A stretch of 64,000 nucleotides of DNA, from the NCBI GenBank assembly GCA_964648105.1, contig CAZYMH010000002.1, positions 54,101 to 118,100 on the forward strand, read 5' to 3'. Origin of the DNA: an uncultured Candidatus Saccharibacteria bacterium (GTDB lineage: Bacteria; Patescibacteriota; Saccharimonadia; Saccharimonadales; 2-12-FULL-41-12). The notes under the pieces were generated by a model that worked only from the letters and a program-made list of their open reading frames with translations, had not been told where the DNA came from and searched no databases. Positions 27,630 through 36,081 of the stretch are shown here, in pieces (the stretch's first letter is position 1; each line of letters opens with the position of its first letter). The position numbers and the translations under genes were made by a program.

Positions 27630-29690
27630 TTAGTCGGTGCGAGGGTCTTGATTGAGTAGTTTTTGTCTCATTTGAGCAAATCGCTCCTGCAAATCTTTGG
27701 CTTCTTGCTCAGGTGTTTTGGCGACTTGGTTAGATGATTTGTTTTTAGGATTTTTGCCGTTATTGACGCCATTTTGTCGGCCACCACCGAGTATATTCAC
27801 CACTGGTATAACTATCGGACTGCGGCCTGTTTGCTCATACAAGAAATGAGTGACATGCTCTCTTAGTTCGGCTTTAAAGCGATCGATGTCGATCCGCTTA
27901 AATCGCTGAGCGACTGCCCGCTTGAGTTCAATTCTGAAGGCATTCATTAGCTCTTCTTGGTCTTTCATATAGATAAAGCCTCGGCTGATAATATCTGGGC
28001 TAGTCATCAGTTGGCCAGTCTTTTTATCGATTGTTAAGACCACAGCAACTAAGCCTTCTTGACTAAGCATGATACGGTCTTTAACGACGATGTTACTAAC
28101 TACTGCCCCTGTTTGATCAACCAAAATTATACCGTGTGGCACTTCGCCAGCTAGCTCAAGTTTGTTATTGTCGAGGGCAATAACTTGGCCGTTCTCGGCA
28201 TTAATCGTATTGGCCCTCGGTATACCTTCTTCTATGGCAGCCTCGATATGTCGTTGTTTAACGCGATAAGCACCGTAAATTGGTATAAAAAACTTCGGTC
28301 GAGTCATCTGAAGCATCTCTTTATACTCATCTAGACTAGCATGTCCCGAAACGTGTAAAGGACCACAGCCATCAAGTGCGTAAGTTTCATGCCTAAAGAC
28401 ATGTACACCTTTACGCATCATATCGTCGACCATGTTGCCGATTAAGGCGTCGTTACCTGTTTCGGGTATAGGTGTCGAGCTTAACACAACTGTATCTTGG
28501 GGTTTGAGTTTAATAAATTTGTGTTCACCCGCGGCCATTCGTTGCAAAGCCGAGTTTGGTTCGCCCTGCGAGCCAGTACATACCACCACTACTTGATCAT
28601 CTTTCATATTCGGTACGCTTGCGATAGGCACAATTGTACCTTTGGGGATTTTTACAAATCCGTGGCGAACAGCCATTTCTAGGGTAGACACAAGGCTACG
28701 ACCATCAAGGGCAATTTTGCGACCGTGATGCGATGCCGCATTAATTATCATCTGAATACGGTTAATATTAGTCGAGAACATCGCCATAAAACATCGACCT
28801 GGAGCAGTTTCCATAATATCGATGAAGCTTTGTTCGATGGTACTCTCACTCGGGGTACGGCCAGGACGATCACAAGTGGTACTTTCGCTTAAAAGTGCCA
28901 AAACCCCTTCGTTACCTAGTTCTTTTAGGCGTTCGATGTCGGTTTTTTCGTGGTCGAGTGGATTAGGGTCAAGCCGAAAGTCACCAGTGTTAATAATCCG
29001 CCCGACAGGTGTATCAAGCACAATACACGTACTACCAGGGATTGAGTGCGTTACTCTGACTAGCTCGACAAAAAAGTTGCCGATTTTTAGCCGCTCATGT
29101 GTATCTTCGTTCATAGCGACAGTCCTTAGTTCGAAGCCTTCGGGCATCGGCAAACCGAAGTTCTCAAAGATTTCTTCGACTCGACCGATTGTAAACCGAC
29201 TACCGTAAACTGGTGCTGGATATTTGGGCAAGATGTGTGGTAAACCACCAATATGGTCAAGGTGTCCATGAGTAATCACGTAGCCTTTTAGCTTGTGTTT
29301 AACAGATTCGAGGTAGGTCATGTCACAGATACCATAATTAATACCAGGTAAATCAACACCCAGATCTGAGCCATAGTCCATTATGATAAGGTCGTCTTTG
29401 TACTCAACTAGAATACAGTTTTTGGACCCACCGCCGTCCATACCACCCATACCAATTATCTTTAGTTTCGGGCTATCGTCGATAAAATTTGCTCGACGAG
29501 GTTGGTCGCTGGTTTGACCTTTATTCTCGGCATCTAAATACTGATTAGCAATCCTCATTGCATCATCAATACTGCGTTTTTGGGCTCTAATCGCTTCTCC
29601 TCTGCTAATAGATCTTCGCTGAGAAGACTGATTGGAATTTGAATTGTTAGACGGCCGATTATTTCTTTTATTTTGTTGTTTTGGTTGCAT
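27630..29690 (-). CDS. rnj: ribonuclease J (metallo-beta-lactamase/beta-CASP) with low-complexity N- and C-terminal extensions
   Basis: HGHLDHIGG motif and beta-CASP region. It carries about 70 aa of N/S/Q/R-rich N-terminal extension and about 60 aa of basic C-terminal extension. An AAGGAG SD is present. Confidence 0.9.
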   Translation of the reverse strand: MQPKQQNKRNNRPSNNSNSNQSSQRRSISRGEAIRAQKRSIDDAMRIANQYLDAENKGQTSDQPRRANFIDDSPKLKIIGMGGMDGGGSKNCILVEYKDDLIIMDYGSDLGVDLPGINYGICDMTYLESVKHKLKGYVITHGHLDHIGGLPHILPKYPAPVYGSRFTIGRVEEIFENFGLPMPEGFELRTVAMNEDTHERLKIGNFFVELVRVTHSIPGSTCIVLDTPVGRIINTGDFRLDPNPLDHEKTDIERLKELGNEGVLALLSESTTCDRPGRTPSESTIEQSFIDIMETAPGRCFMAMFSTNINRIQMIINAASHHGRKIALDGRSLVSTLEMAVRHGFVKIPKGTIVPIASVPNMKDDQVVVVCTGSQGEPNSALQRMAAGEHKFIKLKPQDTVVLSSTPIPETGNDALIGNMVDDMMRKGVHVFRHETYALDGCGPLHVSGHASLDEYKEMLQMTRPKFFIPIYGAYRVKQRHIEAAIEEGIPRANTINAENGQVIALDNNKLELAGEVPHGIILVDQTGAVVSNIVVKDRIMLSQEGLVAVVLTIDKKTGQLMTSPDIISRGFIYMKDQEELMNAFRIELKRAVAQRFKRIDIDRFKAELREHVTHFLYEQTGRSPIVIPVVNILGGGRQNGVNNGKNPKNKSSNQVAKTPEQEAKDLQERFAQMRQKLLNQDPRTD

Positions 29691-29712
29691 AAATTCTCCT
29701 TTTTTTAGAATT

Positions 29713-30294
29713 TTATATAATTATTTGCTTAATATTTTTGAAATCGTTAAATAATGTTTGCCTCAAGCTACCGTTATACAGTGCGGCAGCAGGGTGATAA
29801 AGTGGCAAGACAAGCGTCTCTTTGCCGCCCAAAATGGCTTTTGAGGCTTTACCGTGAGCTTCGCTGATACGAGCATTTGGCAAAAAGTAACTCATACTAT
29901 GTCTGCCTAGACAAACTATTAGCTGAGGCTTGATAATTTTGAGTTCAGCCACTAAATACGGCCAAAAAGCTTTCTTCTCCTCTGGCAGAGGGTCGCGATT
30001 ATTTGGTGGCCGATATTTGACAATGTTTGTAATGTACACCTTAGCTCTGTCTAAATCGATACTTTCGAGCATTTCGTCGAGTAGCTTGCCAGCTGAGCCA
30101 ACAAAAGGAATGCCATTTATATCCTCTTGCTTGCCAGGAGCTTCGCCGATAAAGACAATTTTTGCCTCTGGACTGCCATGACCCATAACTAATTGGGTGG
30201 CACCTTGAGCCAAATTCGGACAGATATTATTAGCTAAAATATCTGCCTTGATCTGTTCAAGCTGTTCTTTTTTTGTTTGGTCTAGTTTTGGCAT
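29713..30294 (-). CDS. uracil-DNA glycosylase, family 4-like
   Basis: Motif A FIGEAPGKQEDINGIPFVGSAGKLL, then YITNIVKYRPP, then motif B LYHPAAALYN. Confidence 0.8.
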   Translation of the reverse strand: MPKLDQTKKEQLEQIKADILANNICPNLAQGATQLVMGHGSPEAKIVFIGEAPGKQEDINGIPFVGSAGKLLDEMLESIDLDRAKVYITNIVKYRPPNNRDPLPEEKKAFWPYLVAELKIIKPQLIVCLGRHSMSYFLPNARISEAHGKASKAILGGKETLVLPLYHPAAALYNGSLRQTLFNDFKNIKQIII

Positions 30295-30502
30295 CTTGTT
30301 TCATTCGAAGTTTTTGATGGCTAATAAGGCCAGCGATAAGGTCGATAGTCTCTGTTATTAACAATACCATTAATAGCCAGTAGATAATTTTGCCCGTGTC
30401 GACTGCCAGTGAGCCGAAAACATAAGTTAGGGCTAAGCAAGCAATAATAGCTAGGCTCAGCCGAAATGTACTTAGTTGCTTGTTATAAATCTTTCTTAGC
30501 AT
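30257..30502 (-). CDS. small two-TM membrane protein (hypothetical)
   Basis: 81 aa with two hydrophobic helices. The ATG lies 2 nt after the pnp stop, and the 3' end overlaps the UDG start by 38 nt. Confidence 0.4.
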   Translation of the reverse strand: MLRKIYNKQLSTFRLSLAIIACLALTYVFGSLAVDTGKIIYWLLMVLLITETIDLIAGLISHQKLRMKQDAKTRPNKKRTA

Positions 30503-30504
30503 TT

Positions 30505-32637
30505 TTACTCACTTTTTGATTTAGCATCTTTCATACTTAATTGTAACCGACCTTTATCATCAATTGCTACTAATTTAACGTCTACTCTGTCGCCTTCTTT
30601 GACTACATCACTTGGTTTATTAACTCTCTCCTGGCTCATGGCACTAACGTGAACTAGACCATCTTTGCCTGGCAAAATCTCGACAAAAGCTCCAAAATCT
30701 AGCACACTAACGACTCTTGCACCTCTGTAAATCTTGCCAACTTCGGGTTCGGCGACAATATCTTTAATCATCTGCATGGCTTTATCAATACTGGCTTTGT
30801 CGGCACTGGCTACACTAACTGTACCATCATCTTTAATATCAATTTCAGCCCCTGATTCGGCAATAATTTTATTGATCATTTCGCCACCTTTGCCGATAAC
30901 TTCGCGGATTTTATCGGGGTTGATCTGCATCGATTCAACTCGAGGGGCATATGGACTAAGTTCTGGATTAGGGTGGCTAATAACACTTATCATATGATCA
31001 AGAATATGCATTCGGCCCGCCTTTGCTTGCTGTAGGGCAGCTTTGAGAGTTGTTACTGGCAAGCCATGAACCTTCATATCCATCTGTAGAGCAGTAATGC
31101 CTTCGCTCGTACCAGTCACCTTAAAGTCCATATCGCCAGCAAAATCTTCGGCATCGGCGATATCGCTCAAGATAATTGGGTTATCGCCGTCAAGCATTAA
31201 GCCCATGGCAATACCACTTACTGGCCGTTTGAGCGGTACACCTGCGTCCATTAAGGCCATCGTCGATGAGCAAGTTGCCGCCATTGAGGTGCTACCATTT
31301 TGACTCATAATCTCTGTTACAGAGCGAATAGTATACGGGAAGTCAGCTTCGCTTGGTAATACAGCCGTCAAGGCTCTCTCGGCCAAATATCCATGGCCAA
31401 TCTCTCGCCTACCAGGACTACCTAGTCTGCGAACTTCGCCAACGGTCCAGCCAGGGGCATTGTAGTGATGTAAATATCGACGTTCTTCGTCTTTTTCCAT
31501 GGTATCGACTATTTGAGAGTAGCTTAGTGGAGCCAAAGTCACTATGTTCATAGCTTGGGTCACTCCCCTAGTAAATATGCTTGAACCATGAGTTCTTGGC
31601 AAAATACCGACTTCGCTCGACAGCGGACGGATGTCAGTGAATTTCCGACCATCAGGACGAATGTTATCGGCGACTATGCCCTTACGAACATCTTTGTGAA
31701 TCGCTAGGGTCAAAGCATCGTCATATTCCGACTTTAGCGGCATAAACTCTTCTTCACCGAGTTTTTCGTAAAAATAATCTTCCATTTGCTTTCGTAAGTC
31801 GCTAATCAGTTCGTTACGCTCAGGATAATCAACTCTAAGCGGTTGGCCAAGTTTGCCATCGACCCATTTATCGACTTCAGTCTGAATATCTTCGTTGGGC
31901 AAAGACAAACTATACTCTTGTTTGGTGACGCCAACCTTTTTTACCAGCTCGTTCTGAAGTTCGATAGCTGGTTGCATGGCTTTCATAGCAAAATCGATAG
32001 CTTCGACTACTTGGTCTTCGCTTACTTCATTAGCACCTGCTTCAACCATCATTACACCGTTAGCGGTACCAGCAACTACTAAGTCAAGTTTGCCTTGGCT
32101 GAGCTGTTGATTAGTCATAAATGCTTGATATTTGCCCTCATCATTTATACCGACTCTAAGACCTGCTACAGGACCATCAAATGGAGCTCCAGTTAGCATA
32201 AAGGCGGCACTCATGGCGATCATAGCAATCATATCTGGACGAAAGTCGGGGTCCAAACTCAAAATAGTTGCCACTCCTTGAGCTTCGTGACGATAACCTT
32301 TCGGCCAAAGTGGTCGAATTGGTCGATCTATCAATCGGCCGATCAAAATTGCATCGTCGCTTGGCCGACCTTCGCGTTTAATAAAGCGTGAACCGCTAAT
32401 TTTGCCAGCAGCGTACATCTTCTCTTCATAATCAATGCTAAGTGGGAAATAATCAAAATTATCAAGCGGGCTATTGCCTACCATGGCCGTACCCAGCACA
32501 ACTGTGTCTCCGTAAGTAGCCAAAACACTGGCACTAGTTCTAAAGCCAACACGGTTGACTTCTAGAGTTAGAGTCTTGCCGCAAAGCTCGCTTGAAACTT
32601 TTGTTATTTGTTTTCCATAAGGATTTATTATTGACAT
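30505..32637 (-). CDS. pnp: polynucleotide phosphorylase
   Basis: Two RNase PH domains plus KH and S1 domains. I take the start at ATG 32637 (MSIINPYG), which is preceded by the SD GAAGGAAGGGA. The ORF-track start at 32685 has no SD. Confidence 0.95.
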   Translation of the reverse strand: MSIINPYGKQITKVSSELCGKTLTLEVNRVGFRTSASVLATYGDTVVLGTAMVGNSPLDNFDYFPLSIDYEEKMYAAGKISGSRFIKREGRPSDDAILIGRLIDRPIRPLWPKGYRHEAQGVATILSLDPDFRPDMIAMIAMSAAFMLTGAPFDGPVAGLRVGINDEGKYQAFMTNQQLSQGKLDLVVAGTANGVMMVEAGANEVSEDQVVEAIDFAMKAMQPAIELQNELVKKVGVTKQEYSLSLPNEDIQTEVDKWVDGKLGQPLRVDYPERNELISDLRKQMEDYFYEKLGEEEFMPLKSEYDDALTLAIHKDVRKGIVADNIRPDGRKFTDIRPLSSEVGILPRTHGSSIFTRGVTQAMNIVTLAPLSYSQIVDTMEKDEERRYLHHYNAPGWTVGEVRRLGSPGRREIGHGYLAERALTAVLPSEADFPYTIRSVTEIMSQNGSTSMAATCSSTMALMDAGVPLKRPVSGIAMGLMLDGDNPIILSDIADAEDFAGDMDFKVTGTSEGITALQMDMKVHGLPVTTLKAALQQAKAGRMHILDHMISVISHPNPELSPYAPRVESMQINPDKIREVIGKGGEMINKIIAESGAEIDIKDDGTVSVASADKASIDKAMQMIKDIVAEPEVGKIYRGARVVSVLDFGAFVEILPGKDGLVHVSAMSQERVNKPSDVVKEGDRVDVKLVAIDDKGRLQLSMKDAKSKSE

Positions 32638-32831
32638 ATTTTCCCTTCCTTCGTCATATCTATAACCAAGGATTAATCTTATCAATTCAGACTATTTAGA
32701 TTTTAAATAAATATATCTGCAGTCAATAAGATTACTTTAAGCCTTGCTTATTAATGTTTACGCTAAATATTATACTTCGATTTAGGCGTGAACAAAATTT
32801 TTAAGTTTGAGATTGTTTAATGGTCTCACTT

Positions 32832-32858
32832 CTGTTGTTTAAGCTTGTTAAACAACAG
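32832..32858 (-). promoter_or_regulatory. strong hairpin between rpsO and pnp (processing/termination element)
   Basis: CTGTTGTTTAA-GCTTG-TTAAACAACAG is an 11-bp perfect stem lying 13 nt after the rpsO stop. No U-tract follows on the minus strand. Confidence 0.55.
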
Positions 32859-32870
32859 TATCAGATCAAA

Positions 32871-33140
32871 TTAACGACGAATTCCCAGTTTTTGGATTAA
32901 ATCAAGATACTTTTTGCCGTCTTTTTGAGCAATATATTTAAGTAATCTTTTGCGTTTGCCAACCATTTGCAATAAGCCTCGACGAGCTGCAAAATCTTTT
33001 TTGTTCACTTTTAGGTGATCGGTTAGTTCGGCAATTCTAGCACTCAAAATTCCAACTTGAGCTTCGGCAGAACCAGTATTTTTAGCATCTTTTGCTAAAT
33101 CTTTAACAATTTCTTGTTTTTTATCAGATGTAATCATCAA
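32871..33140 (-). CDS. rpsO: 30S ribosomal protein S15
   Basis: 89 aa with GSAEAQVGILSARIAELTDHLKVNKKDFAARRGLLQMVGKRKRLLKY, which is typical of S15. Confidence 0.95.
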   Translation of the reverse strand: MMITSDKKQEIVKDLAKDAKNTGSAEAQVGILSARIAELTDHLKVNKKDFAARRGLLQMVGKRKRLLKYIAQKDGKKYLDLIQKLGIRR

Positions 33141-33184
33141 CTTCCTTTAACTTTATAAATTTTTAGATCAATGGCGTTAAGGTT

Positions 33185-33213
33185 ATTTTAGCACAACCCC
33201 TGTTATTTATCAA
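33185..33213 (-). promoter_or_regulatory. candidate rpsO promoter
   Basis: Minus strand reads TTGATA (33213-33208), a 17-nt spacer, then TAAAAT (33190-33185), preceded by TGc as an extended -10. Confidence 0.5.
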
Positions 33214-33244
33214 GTAGCTTAATATACTCCTACAAATAATATTT

Positions 33245-33433
33245 TTAAACCCTGATCATATGTGCTTTTGGTATTTCAACAATAAAATTACTATTAGATA
33301 CTTTCTTAATCATGTACCTCGATAATTCTCTACCATTATGGTTAGATTTATTTTCAAAATTTAACACTTTACCAGAGTTATACTGTTTGCCACTTAGATA
33401 TTCGTTAAAGACTTGTGTGTAGTAAAAACTCAT
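33245..33433 (-). CDS. small hypothetical protein (62 aa)
   Basis: The start overlaps the truB stop by 4 nt (33430-33433). I recognise no family. Confidence 0.35.
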   Translation of the reverse strand: MSFYYTQVFNEYLSGKQYNSGKVLNFENKSNHNGRELSRYMIKKVSNSNFIVEIPKAHMIRV

Positions 33434-34191
33434 AGCAGTAATAGTCTACTTAAATCAAAATTTTTATCTAAATCATGCATACTTATACTGTCATTTATTT
33501 TCTGATTGCCAACTTTTGTTCGCCTGAGGTCGGTTAAATATCCTGAAGTTCCTAGTTTTTTGGCGATGTCTTTGACTAAGCTTCTTATGTAGGTTCCGCT
33601 GGAGACATGAACTCTGAAACTCAGTAAAGGAAATGAATAATCTTTTAATTTTATATCATAGATAGTAATTTTACGTGGCTGTAACTCGACTTTTTGGCCC
33701 TTGCGGGCTAAATTGTAGGCTTTTTGGCCGTTTATTTTGATGGCCGAGTAAATTGGTGGAGTTTGTAAACTCTCCCCTATAAAAGACTCTAGAGTTTTCT
33801 CAACCTGCTTAAGACCAAACTCGGGGCAAGCGTGATATGTTTTCTCACCTTCTTCATCGCCAGTAGTTGATGATACTCCGAATTTCATTTCTACTTCGTA
33901 AATTTTATCTAATTTTGAGAATTCGTTAGCTCGCTTGCAGTAGCTACCGACGACTACAATCATTAGCCCAGTTGCTAGTGGGTCAAGCGTGCCAGTATGG
34001 CCCACTTTCACTTTGCAACGGCAACGAAACTCATCAGCAGTTTGGCCAGACTTCGGTGGGTCGACGCAGAAGCCGCGAGTAGTGTGAAGTCGACGTTTTT
34101 CTGCTTGCAAAGTACCACGAATTTTGGCAACTACATCGAAAGATGTCCAGTTTTTTGGCTTGTCAACTAGCAAAATTCCATCTGTTATCAT
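33430..34191 (-). CDS. truB: tRNA pseudouridine-55 synthase TruB (with ~28-aa Cys-containing insertion)
   Basis: GILLVDKPKNWTSFDVV followed by the catalytic GHTGTLDPLATG, with a PUA-less short form. An insertion QAEKRRLHTTRGFCVDPPKSGQTADEFRCRCKV precedes the catalytic motif. Confidence 0.9.
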   Translation of the reverse strand: MITDGILLVDKPKNWTSFDVVAKIRGTLQAEKRRLHTTRGFCVDPPKSGQTADEFRCRCKVKVGHTGTLDPLATGLMIVVVGSYCKRANEFSKLDKIYEVEMKFGVSSTTGDEEGEKTYHACPEFGLKQVEKTLESFIGESLQTPPIYSAIKINGQKAYNLARKGQKVELQPRKITIYDIKLKDYSFPLLSFRVHVSSGTYIRSLVKDIAKKLGTSGYLTDLRRTKVGNQKINDSISMHDLDKNFDLSRLLLL

Positions 34192-34206
34192 GGATACCAG
34201 TATACC

Positions 34207-35883
34207 CTACTGAGGGGGTAATGGTGGTGGAACTGGCGGTGGTGGCGGACCTTGAGTTTCTGGTGGTAGAATTGGTGGCGAACTATGGAGAGGATCTGGA
34301 GTAAGTGGTTGTGCGTTCAACGAGGCGATCGGTTTAGGCGGAAAATCATTAGCAGATTGAACGGCCCGATTAACCGCATCTCTGGCATAATCACTATCTG
34401 GTGGCAAAATTGTCGGTGCCGTTACCTCATTAACGTTCATGGTTGGCAGATTATTAGGCTCAGTCGGTGGACTATAATCACTTAGATGTGGACTATTAAC
34501 CGATTTTTCAAGCTCTGATAAAGTTGTGGTATCAGCACTAACTTCACTATGCTCAATTGGCTCAATATGTTTGACTTTGTTGGTCGCTCCAGACTCGTTA
34601 GAAGCTAGCGGGTCAGGATTGGATGTATAATCTTGGTCGACTTTTTCAGAATTGGCAGTTAATTGTGACCCAAAGGTTGGCGGTTCGGTGATCATTGATG
34701 GACCACTATTTACTGGTTTGTTATCTTTCTCGACAATATCTGGAGTTTCGGATGTAGTAGCTTCGCTAGTTTGGTTAATTTCTGAGCTAGCTTGCTCGCC
34801 CGCGTTAGACTCTACAGGCGAAGACATCTCGGTTTGTTGTTCGGACTTAAGTTCCGCTTCGGCGGCGTCGAGGGCAGCTTGCTCTTCGATTTCTTGACGT
34901 TCGTTTTCGATATCGGTGACTTTTTGAAACTTACCAGAATCATCAATCTGAATGGCACTATGATCAATCTCGATCACACCACTAGTTTTGGACTCCGTGT
35001 GTTTTATTTCTTTAACTTCTTCTTTTGGTTCTTCGGGTTCAGGCAATTCTTCTGGTTCTGGGGTTGGTTCTGGCTCACTTACAGGTTCGGGCGGAGTTTC
35101 GTCTTCTGGTTCTTGACTATCATTTGATTCTTCGAGCTTGGTTGCAACCAAATTAGGGCTAGCTCCTGCCGAAATTAGTATTCCTGACATATCCATGGTT
35201 TTTTGTGTGACTTTATCGTTCTTAAACCGATCAGTCTCGGCCACAATACCAGTTAGCAGGGCCGTAGCAATTTGTGAATCGAACACTTTATTGTCTATTT
35301 GCTTGATAATTTCAGCTACCATTTCACTTAAGCTACTAGCTGATTCATTGTACCAATTTAGCGAGCCTAGCTCTGAATTATAGGCATTATTAACAGATAT
35401 AATTGTCGCATCATGCAAAATTCGGCCATGAGCCAAAATTGCTTCATCTAATTGGGTCCGCTCTTGGACACCTAGTGCCACAACCGCATCAACATTGAAA
35501 TCGCCTTGACTAAATTCTAGGTCATTTTCCGAAATTGAGGTTTTATATGGAGTAATAAAAATTCTGACAAAGCTATCCTCTACTTTATAGCGAAGTTTAT
35601 CGGCTTTTTCGCGGTCAATTGAGATGATAAAATCTCGCAAACTATCAGTGTTTTTCTCGAGGGTTTTGTTTGGTTCCAAAAACTCCATAACACTTGGTAC
35701 TTCACCACTAAATACTGCCGCAGCATGTTTATCTTCTTTGTTTAAAGCTAAAGTTAGTCCGATACAAGCGGCTAATTGATCAACCGACGGATCTTTATTG
35801 ACCGTCACTAAAACATTAGTAGCTTGGCTTAAACTAGAAGCAATTTCAGAGGTGATAGATTGAGGTTTTTTTGTTTCTTCCAT
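34207..35883 (-). CDS. degenerate DHH-family (NrnA-like) domain protein with ~300-aa acidic/Pro-rich C-terminal region
   Basis: The N-terminal ~250 aa is colinear with the DHH domain, but the motifs are altered: NKDPSVDQLAAC for H..PDGDA.GS, ALGV for VVD, and IISVNNAYN for I.IDHH..N. GIVAETDRF is retained. There is no DHHA1/GGGH part. The tail is EPE/PEP-rich and ends PPPPPVPPPLPPQ. Confidence 0.5.
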   Translation of the reverse strand: MEETKKPQSITSEIASSLSQATNVLVTVNKDPSVDQLAACIGLTLALNKEDKHAAAVFSGEVPSVMEFLEPNKTLEKNTDSLRDFIISIDREKADKLRYKVEDSFVRIFITPYKTSISENDLEFSQGDFNVDAVVALGVQERTQLDEAILAHGRILHDATIISVNNAYNSELGSLNWYNESASSLSEMVAEIIKQIDNKVFDSQIATALLTGIVAETDRFKNDKVTQKTMDMSGILISAGASPNLVATKLEESNDSQEPEDETPPEPVSEPEPTPEPEELPEPEEPKEEVKEIKHTESKTSGVIEIDHSAIQIDDSGKFQKVTDIENERQEIEEQAALDAAEAELKSEQQTEMSSPVESNAGEQASSEINQTSEATTSETPDIVEKDNKPVNSGPSMITEPPTFGSQLTANSEKVDQDYTSNPDPLASNESGATNKVKHIEPIEHSEVSADTTTLSELEKSVNSPHLSDYSPPTEPNNLPTMNVNEVTAPTILPPDSDYARDAVNRAVQSANDFPPKPIASLNAQPLTPDPLHSSPPILPPETQGPPPPPVPPPLPPQ

Positions 35884-36081
35884 AATATTTTTATTTTTAC
35901 GTTAACTTACGTTTAATATTTTAGCATTAGTATTATGTAAATGTCAAAACTAAAAACAATAATTGATTTTTGAGTTTGGTATCTGTTATTTGATTAATTA
36001 CAACTTTAAGTGCTTTACATTATTTTTGACAACGCTTATACTAATAAGTACTTTCAATATCACTAAATAAAAAGGAAAGAT

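Noticed and set aside
28822-29208. 128-aa ORF antisense to rnj, and similar antisense ORFs in groEL (57133..57495), pnp, ftsK and argS
   Set aside because: These are shadow ORFs within strongly conserved genes, with no independent signals.
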